From Geosiphon pyriformis uo1 (Eukaryota > Fungi > Glomeromycota): DNA of 64,000 nt. The DNA lies in NCBI GenBank assembly GCA_016748015.1, contig JAAOMT010000563.1, forward strand, positions 434,001 through 498,000. Reading direction: 5' to 3'. Numbering within the stretch: position 1 is the first letter of the stretch; every line of letters begins with the position of its first letter. The translations under genes and the position numbers were made by a program. Below are positions 14,073 to 27,200 of this stretch, piece by piece. The notes beneath the pieces are model-generated. The model was not told the DNA's origin. It ran no database searches and worked only from the letters and a program-made list of their open reading frames with translations.

Positions 14073-14913
14073 TTATTTAATACGACCATTGACAACATTT
14101 TGAGCTTGTCCGCTGCCTGAAATCGGCGCAGCACCGTGTACTGCCATTCTTCCGGTACTAGGGTGTCCATCGACAGCACCCGGCTGCATACCGTTTAATA
14201 ACTGCTGCTGGGTATTACCACTAATAATACCATTCCCTGCTTGTTTTTGCAACTGTTCTCTTTCGAGCTCTTCTAATTGACGTTGAGCTTCTACGTACGG
14301 ATCCAATTTACCCCCAGAACTCCGTACTTGCAAACTATCCCATGCAAATCTGTGATAGAACTGTGTAGAATGAAGTTTTTCCGCATTTAGTTCATCTTTC
14401 ATCTTATCCCGGAATAACTGATTTTGCAAAAGATCTAGAAAGAAGAGTGAGTGTGGATAGCTTTAGGGGTGGGAATAAAATTTTATTTTATTTTAGTCAG
14501 GTATCAATGGCCATAATTAAAGATATAACCATGAAGGTTCCACTTACATGATGAATTTTGCATATTCAGGTCGTTTCCAATATTGCAAATATTTGAGGTA
14601 GTTAACGAAAGCGGGATTGTCAAGAAAACCCTTTTGTGCAAGATCTATCAATTTAAGAAATTCTCGTCAGATTTATAAGCCTTTTTGACTCGTAATACCA
14701 AAAAAACAAATAACGATCCATGCGCTCGCCTTCGTATGTTTACAAAATTAGAAAAGACCACTTATTCAATACGATGCTCTACTTACAAGTTATATAAAAA
14801 GGATTAGCGAAACTTTGAACGAATTCTAGTTCTATCAAGAACCGTTCGCGTTCAGGATCTAAATGCACAGGTTGTGTTTGTTGAAGTGGTTGTGGTTGAT
14901 TTGTGTCAGCCAT
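14073..14913 (-). CDS. med31: Mediator subunit Med31/Soh1, 3 exons
   Basis: RERFLIELEFVQSFANPFYI...LAQKGFLDNPAFVNYLKYLQYWKRPEYAKFI.YPHSLFFLDLLQ, followed by a Q/G-rich C-terminal tail. Confidence 0.95.
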
Positions 14914-15533
14914 TTCGGTGTAAAAATAATTAAGAGATGCTGGCTTTATTTGGATGATTGGACGGATAAGGTACAAAATTCCCGTGATACGATAAATCAT
15001 GACCACTGGCTCTGGACTGAATTGATTTTCGATTTCAAAATAGCATTCATCTCAAAAAATTTTATCGCTTTCGCTGAATAATATTCAATGATTCTTGAAA
15101 CTTCAGTTTATAAATATGGTTTGAATCTAAGTAAAATCAAGGTCATCGCAATGTGTTCTTAGGCTCTTTGAACTTTACTAGCTTCAAGTCATAATCAGAA
15201 CCGGAAAAATCAAAATATAGGAACCAAGGTAATTTCATTTTATTGTTTTTCCCGTTTAAAGAAAGTGACAAAGAGTGGATCATTGCTTTGGCCGTAATCT
15301 ATCAATTTTTTATGTAAAAAACTTGGAAAAGATAACAATAGGAAATGAATAAGGCCCATGTGACTTATTTATTGATATTTTACACAATGTCACAGATTTA
15401 AAAAATAACCACTTTACCATGCTTTTGATCTAAACCTCCAATTGTCGGCAATAATTCCACACACCATGTTCATGAAGCTTTCTTCATAATAACTTTAGCC
15501 AAACTATAATCGATTGATCGGGTTCCATGGAAT

Positions 15534-17636
15534 TTACCAGCCAAACGATTGATGACGTCGATTTCTGTTCCCTTGGCTGCTAGTTGCGATGTTGAACTTA
15601 TCCACCAACTAAAGTTAAATGAAAGATTGAGTAAATTTTCCATTACAATCTTTGTTTATAAAAAGATGAAAATTTTGGTAAAATCTCACTACCTCATTGA
15701 TAGAATTTGTTCCTTTGGTTATGGTGGCCAAATAGGATGTCAATAGAACATCATTGTATTCCTGTAAAGTTTATAACAAAATAATTTAGGTCAATTTCAA
15801 CCACGAATCCGATATAGAATTATCGGGAAATCTTGCCGTTAAGAATTCCTCTCGAAACTCATCACCATCCATTGTTGGCATACGATTACAAAGGCTGGCA
15901 ATCTGTCGAAGAATATCGTGATCAGCAGCTATATCACCTAAAAAAATTTGATAAATAGGATGTTAAAAATCTTTTAATGAATTAGATATCAGGTTGAGTG
16001 ATGCTCATACCTTTTTTATAATCTACAAGGTATCGATGCAACATTTTGATCCTAGTGTGTAACATCTTTATTGCGTTTCCTTGTGTGGTCAAATGGGCAA
16101 TTACTAGAGAATAAAATCCCATAATTAGGTTAGGTAATCGAGCTAGCGAAATATATAATCATAAATTCTGTCGCTTAATACTTTTATTTCAAAAAATTAG
16201 GTGAATAATTGTTACCATGAATGGGGAAAGCATAAAACCCAATCTTTAAATTAATCAAATCCATTCAACTCACATGATGACCCTTCAGTTCCTTCCCCAC
16301 TCGTTGTATGAGCTACATGATCGACAGCAATGCGTTCAGCTTCACCGGTCTCAATCTTGTATTGAGCCTTGATGAACAGCAGATTTGCTTGACCATCTAC
16401 TATATCGATTATTGATTCGTAGACAGTAATTGGTAAATTTTTCGAGGTAACAATCTCGTGGGGATTCATTTGTAAGAAAAGAGGACTCTCGTTATATTCC
16501 AGTAACTAAAATATGAAATAATCTACCAAAGTTGATAAAGTTCTATTTGAAAAAAAAAAACTGGGAAAATTTTCAAATATATACCTGCTTATGTATTTCA
16601 ATATGATCCGGAGTAGGAAAAGGCCCCAAAGTATACCATCCGAGAAAATCAAAATGTGGAAAGACTTGACGAACTTTTAAAAATCACATCAAAACTTGTT
16701 ATTTACTGTCCAGGAAACCTCTTTCATTTATCAAAAGCATACGAGAGATCACGTACACTGCTCTTGTTTTGTCGTAAAATATTCCTTATCGACTATGACA
16801 TGTCCCCCGTCCACCACATTGAATGATAACTCGTAAGAATTTGAAATTTCTACATCACGACCACTTTGCGTCCCGAGCAATGCTCCTATCACTATTAAGA
16901 AAGAGTTGATGTTTTGATGAGATTATATTAAATATAAGAGTTTAAGGGGTGTATTTGGAAGGTTTTAATTTTAAAAATGTAATACATAAATTAATCAAAA
17001 CTTCAAATCGAGCCAACGGATTTGAGAATTAAATCAGCACTCAACTCGCAGCTACCTTATACCAAATTTTGAAAAGAAATGGAAAATACAAAAACGCCAT
17101 CCAACTCAGCAAAAGATATTGCACACTAAATTAGCTTATAAACATACCTTGAGGTTTTTGGATCTGCTGTTGCATCTTGATACGTGTATAATGATCAGAT
17201 ATATTTAGCAGCGTCAATGGATGCCTAATTAACAAATAAATAGGAGTTTAAGATGAGACTTTCATTGGAATTTGGAGTAATTTCGCGTATCATCAGAATT
17301 TCGTGGAATATAGTAAATTTCGCCGTTTAATAAGATTCGAAATCACGATTTTTTTTTTTTTTCGATCAAGGCGATTAATTTACATTCGAATTATTATTAT
17401 ATTACTATATTCGCCTCCAGTATAAGAAAGAGCTAATTCTCTTCAACCCTTTTCGGCGAAACCTACAGCTCAACGGTTAACCCAGAATTATTGGCCGCGT
17501 TAGAAACCACCGAAGAGATTGATGAATCAGCCGGAGCTGGTTGTTTCTGTGCCGCTGGTTCATCGACCGTAATATTGTCAGGAGCAGAAAGTGGCGAGGT
17601 CGGCGGATCAATGTCCATGCTCTCGTTCTCACTCAT
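15534..17636 (-). CDS. csn6: COP9 signalosome subunit 6 (MPN domain), about 9 exons
   Basis: LHPLTLLNISDHYTR...IGALLGTQSGRDVEISNSYEL...QVFPHFDFLGWY...ESPLFLQMNP...LPITVYES...YKIETGEAERIAVDHVA...NAIKMLHTRI...EYNDVLLTSYLATITKG. Confidence 0.95.
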
Positions 17637-18410
17637 TTTTATTTAGGTGATCTTAAATAGAACGGAACTCTAAGATGGGAAAAATTTTTAAAGATTTGCA
17701 GTTTTGAAAAGAGAGTTAATGAAAAATCCCATCAGAATGCCGGGCAAATGACCTGAGGTTGAATGGTGAGGCACTGAAGGCAAACAACTAGTATAATAGG
17801 TAACAATTATTAGACTTGTAATTTAGATTAGGCTTTAAATTTAAATCACAAATAAAGTTATAATTTTCTAGGTGCTAAAATGGGAAATGCTATATGAGGT
17901 ATTTTTAGGTTGTGATCAGACGAATAATAATTACTTCTCGATGATACAATCAACTCTGAAAAAGCTATTACTTTTACTATAATGAGATTAGATAGTTTTT
18001 ATAAATTTGGCATACAATGATAAATTTTGAAACCGAATTTGCCAATTCGGGAAAAAGTTATTTCAATAAAATTATGTTAAAAGCTTAGGGAAAAGTTTAC
18101 CACTCACTTATTTCAAGTTTTTTAATAGTTGGGAAATTAATAATTAAAAGACTGTTCTAACTCCTTTCCCTTTAAAAATTTTTAATTAAAAAATATTTTT
18201 TTTTTTTAATTCTCTCAAGAAAAAGATGCGATCGATCATGAGGATAATTATGAAATTGTGGATTTATCCTTAACAAATGAGGTAACCTCAAAAAAGCTAT
18301 ATTAAATACCCTCGAGTTGGTAATAAATTTAACAGAGCCCATATTTTAGCTCAAAAATAGAAGTGAACGTAGGAATTTTTATTTTTAGAAAAGGAGTTCT
18401 TGGAAAGTAT

Positions 18411-18412
<2 letters not shown>

Positions 18413-18468
<56 letters not shown>
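18413..18468 (+). repeat. (AG)28 microsatellite about 80 bp upstream of the secreted-protein gene
   Basis: Direct reading. Confidence 0.95.
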
Positions 18469-18472
<4 letters not shown>

Positions 18473-18547
18473 TTGAAGAATAAGGATCAAGCTTCCAGTA
18501 CAATTTCACGTAAATAATTGAATCTTTCGTTACGAAAATTTTTAAAA

Positions 18548-19097
18548 ATGATCAAGTTTCATCATCTCCTCCTTTCGCTTTTCCCTATTCTGATTACTAT
18601 TTTTCTAAACTTAAACTCAATTCATGCCCAAATTCCGCAATAAATTCCTCCATCTATACGTGGTCAATACGGCTATAATATCACCCGTCCTAAAAACAAT
18701 ACTCGTTATGTAGGGGAAAACGCAACGATTACTCTTCAATACACATTTCAAAAGATCTATCCAAATGAGTTCAGTTCATTGGATGTAAATTTGTACAGTG
18801 CCAACGGGACAGAATTGAAGTCAATTATTAGAAGAGCCCCGGCTGAGGAGGGGTCACATAGAATTATTAAAAAGTTTGCTGAAGGACTGGAGACTGGAAA
18901 TTATATTGTTAGATTTAATGAGGTAAAATTTGAGATGAAATTTTTTTTTAACTATTCTTATAAATTTTATTAAAATAGCAAGATTCTAACTCAATTTTTT
19001 TAAAAATTTTTTTTTTTCAAAGACCAGGAATAGAGGAATTTACTTTACAACTATCTACTTTTATACTGATTATTTAATCAAGTATATTAAAAAATAA
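18548..19097 (+). pseudogene. Small secreted (glyco)protein gene, 2 exons, with one in-frame TAA at 18641-18643
   Basis: MIKFHHLLLSLFPILITIFLNLNSIHAQIPQ*IPPSIRGQYGYNITRPKNNTRYVGENATITLQY...GNYIVRFNE|TRNRGIYFTTIYFYTDYLIKYIKK*. It has a hydrophobic signal peptide ending IHA-Q, four NxT sites and a GT-AG intron at about 18923-19022. Confidence 0.65.
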
Positions 19098-20267
19098 TCA
19101 ACTTGGTGAAAAGAAGTTTCAAATTTGAAATTTAGAATTAAATAAACATTATTTATTAATCTAAAATTTAAAAGATTAGAAATCAGATTTAGATGCTAAT
19201 AATATGGTGTCCACATTATATATGCTTGAAAAGTGAATAAATAATTGTTTTGGTGTGATTTTTAAAATAAAATACTACAATAAAATGATAACAGGATTTA
19301 GTATGTGGGATCAAAAAAAAACTCCTCCCCCCTCCGAGAATTGAAATTCATTCAATTTATTTCGATTTTCAAACTTTTCAAATTTTGACTCGATTAAGTA
19401 AGTGTCAATTGAGAATATTTGGATCAAGTTTTAACTATTGATGATATTCTTAACCGAAATTGTATTTTCTGGTCTAAAAACTTTAAATCCTCTTTCCATT
19501 CTCAACTGAGAGGCATGAAAATCATTTTGACAATTAATAATTGTTTAAAACTTGATTATTTTTGGTATGTATTTCTCAAATCTTAGTAGATCTATGATTG
19601 CAAATGATAAACTCTGTATATGTTGGTCTTATTAAAATTCAAATTAGTGTCATGGTAATGATTTTTTTAATAAATTCAAAATTAGAAATAATTTTATAAA
19701 CTCTATTTATTTTACATTTTAGACTCAAAAGCTGATTATTTCTAAGAACCCTTTTTCCAAGAATAATTGTTTTTTTTTTGAAATTCTGTGATCAATAATA
19801 GCAGGGATATTGAGTTTCAAAATAAAATATGAACAACGCAGGCTAATTTAAAAAGTTAATTGAATTCGACTTTTTGACTTACTTGAAAGTTCATTTAATG
19901 ATATAAACTAAAATGTGAAATTCAGTTTTTGCAAAGGAATTATGTCAAGTTTATGAACTTTATGCAAAAGAATGTGATATTTTCAGGTGAATCAACTGGA
20001 CGATCCTCTCTTAATGGGAACTTTGTGTAAAGTTTCTAAAGGCTAAAGTCTAAATAATAAATTTCTTTTTTCTGCAATGCGATTGAGGGGAACATAATGT
20101 TCTCTCGCCTGTGATCAATTGTCCCCAATATTTAGTTACACAATAATTTTAAATTTTCATCATCATTATTAACAACGTGATCTTTATCTAAAGGTCACGT
20201 CAAGCAAAAATAAACAAAAACAAGCAATTGACTTTTCACACTTAATTCATAACCCAACTTTTGCCTC

Positions 20268-23200
20268 ATGGAGCAACAAAGTCCCCCTGGGTTACGCTTA
20301 ACAAACTTTGTTCGACGACCAGGTCTAGGTCGTATCGGCAGAGCTATTCGAGTTCGTACAAATTTTTTTGATGTCACTTCCCTGCCAGAAGCCGACATAC
20401 ATCACTACGACGTAACAATAACCCCTGACGTGCCTCCAGCCCTTAATCGAAAGGTTTACGAACAATTTGAAGATTCAAATAGAGTCAGCGTTCTTAAGGG
20501 TATAAGACCTGTCTATGATGGTGAGTACATCCTGAAAGTGTGAAAAAAAGTTTCTGTTGTAGGAATCTATTAAGGTTCCAAGAAGCTTTGCTTTAATGAA
20601 ATTCCATGCACATCCAATTCTACGTGTATGTCTTAATGCCTCTTCAAGGAAAATCTTACAAAATATGTAATTTTCTCTTTGTGTTTAGGGAGAAAGAATA
20701 TTTTTTCACCAAAAGTATTGCCCTTTGGAGATATTGCAACTTTTACTGTGAGAATTTTTTGTTTACTTATCTGTTTCTTCAGAAGTAATGCTTTTTAAGT
20801 CCACCTCCTTATTGCTCATTAGGTTACTCTGCCGGAAGACGACGAAGTGACAACTTCTAAACGCCCCCCTCGAGCCTTCAATATCAAGATCAAGAAAGTG
20901 GGAATCATCAATATGGAAGAGCTTCACCGCTTTCTTAAAGGCAAAAGTGAACTTACTAATAACTGCCTAACAGGTATCCATATTCACGAATCATAATCGA
21001 AAATATTTTAGAAATTGTGAATCATTGCCTCTAAAAAAAATGTCCCAATTATTTCAGCTATCACGGCCCTTAATGTGTTAATCAGATATAGTCCATCCAA
21101 GAAGTATAAAGCTTTTGGAAGTTCATTTTTCACTCCTGAAGGCTCTATGCAACTTTATGGTGGTGTAGAAGTCTGGCAAGGGTATTATCAATCTGCCCGA
21201 CCTGCTCAGGGTAAATGATTTGACAACGAGTTTTTCGTATTCCCCCACATTTATGTTAAAACGTTGCTTTTCTGTAAAAAATTTAAGGTCGTTTGATGAT
21301 CAACGTTGATTTGAGCGCTACTGCTTTTTTTGAAGGTGGATCACTTTTAACCCTGGTAGTTAAGATTCTCGGTTATAGATCTCCCAATGATCTTCGACGG
21401 GGCATCTCCAGTTCAGAGCGAACAAAACTCGAGAAATCTTTAAAAAATTTGAAGATAAGAGTAATGCATCGTGGTGAGGCTGTCTCCAAACGTCGCTATA
21501 AGATTATCAAATTTTCGTCCATCTCGGCTAGTAACACGAAATTCGAAAGTCCTGAATATGGAAAAATAGATGTCGCTTCTTTTTTTGCTAAAAAGTATGC
21601 ACGTCTAAACCATCCACATCTTCCTTGTGTGGGGGTCAGGAAGGATATTTTTTTGCCTATGGAAGTTTGCGAAGTCATAGAGGTATGTTATCCAAATTTC
21701 TTATTCATTCTACGTTATGTGACTTTCAATCAAAGTATTAATTTTGACAATGTCCACCAAATCGTTTTAACAGGGGCAAAGACACATTCGCAAACTCAAT
21801 GAGAAGCAAACTGCAGATATGATTAAGTTTACCTGTCAGCCACCACATATTCGTGCTAACAAAATAAAGCAAGGGTTGGACACTCTTAATTATCGTGAAA
21901 ATGAATATATGCAGCAGTTTGGAATGACAGTTTCGAACGAAATGACGATTGTAAGAAAACCCTATGATTTTAAAAGTTTAAGGTTCTCTTTAACGTATCA
22001 TCATCGATGATGATAATTATTAATATTTACATTCCTGATAGGTTAACGCCAGAGTCCTCCCCCCTCCAACTATTCAATATCATCCATCCTCACGGGAAGC
22101 CACACTTCAGCCACGTGACGGTGCATGGACTTTAAGAGATAAAAAGATGGCCACTGGGGCTACTCTCAGTTCTTGGGCTGTTTTAGTCTTCGGGCCTGAG
22201 GGAAAATTTCCCAAACAAGTCGTAGAAAACTTCATAAGGGAACTCGTAATAACTGCCCAAGACATTGGAATGGTCGGAATTTCCTCTTTGTCTCGCATTG
22301 AATATACGCATTTCAACCCAAACATTCATCAATATTTTATCAACATCCATCTAGAATATACTTAATAAAACCCCACCAATCTTGCACGCCAATCAGCAGG
22401 CTGTCACTGAAGATTCACTTAAACAAGCCTGGGTTCAAGCTGGCAATGCATCTAAAGCGCAACCGCAATTAATTCTATGCATCTTGCCTACCCGTACCGG
22501 GGATTTATACGGTCAAGTAAAACGCGCTGGCGATACTGTCATTGGAGTTGTAACCCAGTGCTGTCAGTCCAAACATCTGAACTCACCCAACAAGCAATAT
22601 TGCGCGAACGTGTCTTTGAAATTGAATGTGAAACTGGGTGGAATGAATACCTTTTTGCCACCCTCGCAGATTCCGTTCATAGCAAGTCGCCCTACAATTT
22701 TATTCGGTGCCGATGTCACTCATCCTCCTCAAGGTGATTCGATTTGCTTCCATTGAATAAGATCGTTATATAATACAAAGATTTTTTCTTAATGTTCTCA
22801 TTTGTTTAGGTACGACTGAACGTCCCTCATTTGCTTCCCTTGTTGGTTCCATCGATGCAAAGGCTTCTCGATATTCATCTACTATTCGAAGCCAAATGGG
22901 ACGTACTGAAATCATCGCTGATTTAAAAGATATGGTTAAAGAACTGTTGAAGACCTTCTATAAGACATCTAATAAAAAGCCTGAACGTATCCTATTCTAT
23001 CGTGATGGTGTTTCAGAAGGTCAATTTGCTGAGGTATTCGAAAAAGAAATTCAAGCTATTAAAGGCAAGGAAATATTATTTAGCATGGACTCGCATCTAA
23101 TAACGTTTGACAATTAATGAATCTCTTTTAAATGTGTTAGCCGCTTGTCTCGAACTTGATGCGACTTATCATCCTACGATCACTTTTATTGTCGTTCAGA

Positions 23201-23951
23201 AACGTCATCACGCTCGTTTTTTCCCAATAGACAAGAAAGACAGTGATCGTAGTGGAAACTGCCTTCCTGGCACCGTGGTCGAAACAACCATAGTCCATCC
23301 TTTTGAGTTCGACTTTTGTCAGTTTTACAGAGACTTTTTTCGTTTGTACCAGAAACTTCAAAGTGAAAATAACCTTTTTTTGTTCTATTTATTTATTTAT
23401 CTATAGATCTTCAAAGCCATGCCGGTATCCAAGGCACATCTCGCCCATGTCATTATCACGTCTTGTTTGACGAAAATTCTTTCACTCCCGACACGTAAAT
23501 AATTATATAATTGTTTTTTTTTAGGTTTTTATAATCGTTCAAATACCTTTGTATATTAAATTTTCAAAATTCGGAAAACAGACTCCAGACGCTGACGTAC
23601 AACTTGTGTTATATCTATGCAAGATGTACCCGCTCAGTATCATTGGTAAGATATCATTTTCTTTGATTTTTTCTATTCTTTTTTAACCATACATAATGTT
23701 TATCATCAATCACAGGTTCCTCCGGTATACTACGCCGATATAGTATGTACCAGAGCCCGATATCATACAGTTGGTGATTACTTGTCCGATACCGATTCAC
23801 TTGGAGAAGGGGCAGAATTTGCCCTCCAAGCCGTTAAGCCAGCAGTACAAAAGGTAAAGACATGCTATTATTTCATTAAATATCGGAACCATCAATATAT
23901 AAACCTTCATCCTTTCAACCTAATCTCTTATAGGTCATGTATTTCATGTGA
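20268..23951 (+). CDS. ago: Argonaute (N-L1-PAZ-L2-MID-PIWI), 14 exons, DEDD catalytic tetrad
   Basis: [46 protein letters not shown]...FLPMEVC, MID YGQVK...[64 protein letters not shown]-terminal VMYFM*. I found no disabling lesion. Confidence 0.97.
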
Positions 23952-24244
23952 AGAAAAGTATCTTAAAATAATATGAACGGCTCAGGAAGTTTCTTGTCAA
24001 CTTTTTAAATAGGAGCACCACACTTCCGATAACAAGAATGATTTTTCAAACAACATTTGAAGGAAAATATAGCTAGAATTCTAATTTGTAGGAAATAGCT
24101 TCAACTTACGTTTGCTTATTTCTTTCTATCGGATTGGATTAAGTCCTTTATCGGTTTCTCTTTAAAAACCCTTCATCCCGAACCTTGTACATATTATGCT
24201 TTGAAAAGAAAACGTTGGAAAAAATTGTGGTTACTACGGAAAAA

Positions 24245-27200
24245 AAATTTAAGATTATTAAATTGAAAAAAATAAATTTTATATATTAATATATTGTAAT
24301 TATATTAAAATAAAAATAATTTTATAATTTTAGATTTTAAAGATATTTAAAATTTCAAAGTTTTGAAACAAAATAAATTTTTTAAATTTTTGCAAAAAAA
24401 AGTACAAAAATTATTTTACACAAATTAAAATAAAAAATATTTTTCTTTTTGATTACAACCAAAGCAAAAAGTAAAAAAGTTGCAAATTTTTTATTTTTTA
24501 AAATACTGTTAATCAAGAAACAATCTTTTAATTTTTATGTTTAATAACAATTTTTTAATGTTTTTAATGAATTTTAATATTTTAAAGCCAGCTTTTTCTT
24601 TTATAAATGAAGTTTTGATTTTTTTTGATTTTTTTAACTTGTATTAATTATAATATTTAGTTTTATTATAATAATAATAATAAAATTTATTCTAAATAAT
24701 AATAGTAAAAACATTTTAACTAATCTTAATTTAAATTAGTTTTTGATTATATTGCTTAATATATTAGTTTTTGGTCAATTATTGTTAATTTTGAAAACAA
24801 AACAAATTATATTTTTACATATAATCTTATTTAATTAGTCTATTAAATTATTTAATCTTAAAAATTAAGCTAACCAAATAAAAATTAAACCTATTTTTTT
24901 TCTTGTTTTTTAATAATATTGTTTTTAATGATAATTAAAAAACAATTGTTAATCATTAAAGATTTTTTAAATAAGTGGTTTTACTTTAATGATTAAGATT
25001 TTTTTAAGATTAAATTAGTTTATATTATGATTATTTTTAAGTTTGTGTTGTTGTAAGTAAATTATTTAAATAGAATATCATAATTTTTGATATTTAATTT
25101 ATATAATAAAAGTTTTTAAAAATTTTATAAATTTTATAAATTTTTAGTAATTTTTTTTAAATATTTTACTTATCAAGTTTTTTTTATAAAAAACAAAAAT
25201 ATTAAAGTATTTTAAGATTAATAATAACAAATTTTTTATTAAGTAAAATATTTATTTTTAACTATAATTAATAAGATTTGTTTGCTTTTTTAGTAATTAA
25301 AATTTATAATAAAATTAATTTTTTAAAATGTACTTTTTTTTATTATATTATTATAATATTAAATTATAATATTAATTTAATTAAATTTTTAATATATTAT
25401 TTATATTACTTTTAACTATTTTTAAACTACTTATAAATTTTTAAAATAAATAAATAGAAAAAAAATTTAGTGTTTTGTTAATTATTGTAATTAAAAATAT
25501 TTGATTTAAGTTATAAAAATTGTATTTGGCTTTAAATAGATAAAAATAAGTAAATAATTTTAATAATAAAATAAAACTTAATTTAAATAGTTAATAAGTT
25601 TTAATAAAAAATTTTATTTAAAATAAAAATAAAAATATATTTAATTGTTTTAATTAAGTTTTAAATACTGTCTTTTTTAGCATTTAAATTTATTTTTAAG
25701 TTAAAACTATATATATATATATTTTTTGTTTTATAAAATAGTTTTTAAAAACTTGTTATTTTTTATATTATTTTGTTACTACTAATTATAAGTTATTAAT
25801 TTATGTTATTTTATATTATTTTATATTATTAATTATTTTGTGTTATTATATATTATTATGTATTATTATATATTATTTATATTATTATATATTATTTGTA
25901 TTATTATTTTTAATTATTTTTTTTATAATAAAATTAATTTTTTTAATTAAATAATAATGAATAATTTAATTAGTATAAATTAGTTTTTAAAAACAATATA
26001 AAACTATTCTATATGAAATTTAAGTTTTAAGTTTTTTTAAATGCTATTACTCAAATTAAACTTGTTTGTTTTGTCTATTTTTTTACTTTTAAGATTGTTA
26101 AGTTTTTAATAATTTTTTAATTTATGTTGCTATTACTTTGTAAAATGTACTTAAAAATATTTTTATTATCAATATTAAAAATATTTTCGGAATTTTTAAT
26201 AAAATTTTTTAGATTATATTAAAATTTGTTAGTATTTAATAATATATTATTATTAAATAAAAAAAATTATAATATTGTTATTAAAAAAATTTTTATTTTA
26301 ATTATAGTTATTTTTGTTAATAATAATTTTTTAATTTATTATTTTATATTGTTATTAAATTTAATTAATAAAAGATCTTTAAATGTAATAATTTAAGTTT
26401 TAAAAAATTGGTTTAAACCAGTTTAAAACTATTTGTTTAATGTTTTTTTATTTAATTATTTTTTAAAATTAAAAATTTAAAAAGTTAATGTTTTTTTTAA
26501 TTAATAACAATATTATTTATTTCGAACTTAGTATTTTAAGCTAACTAATTAATTAATAATTAATAATTAAATAACTACAAAATTTATTGGTTTTTAATAT
26601 AATAAATAAAAAAAATTGGTTTAAATTAATTATTTTAAATTAAATGATAAAAAAAAGCTCTTTTTTTATATAAAGTTATTATATTATTTTTAAACTTTTT
26701 ATTTTTATTAAAATATTTTGTAAATAAATATAAATTTTAATAAACTATTTATTATTTCAAAAAACTCTAATTAATTTTAATCTTAACTAATTAAACAAAG
26801 TTTAATTTATTTAAAATTTATCTAAAATACATAAATTTTAACTTGAATTATTTAAATTGCTTAAAATTGCTTTTGTATTTAAAGTTTAAAATTTTGTATA
26901 TTTTAATTATATTTGTAAATTAAAAATAATTTTTTGGTGTTAATTTAATGTAAATATAAAAACATTATACTAATAATAATTTTTAATAACTGCAAAAACA
27001 AAATTTCTTAAAGTATTTATTATTTTTATATATATTTTAATAAATAACTATTTTATATTATTAATAATAAAAATTTTTATTTATCAATTTGCAAATAATC
27101 TGTAATATTAAAATTATATTAATTTTTTGACTTATTTTTGATTTATAATATTAATAATTCCAATTAAATAATTTAATTTTTGTTATTAATTTTTTTCAAA

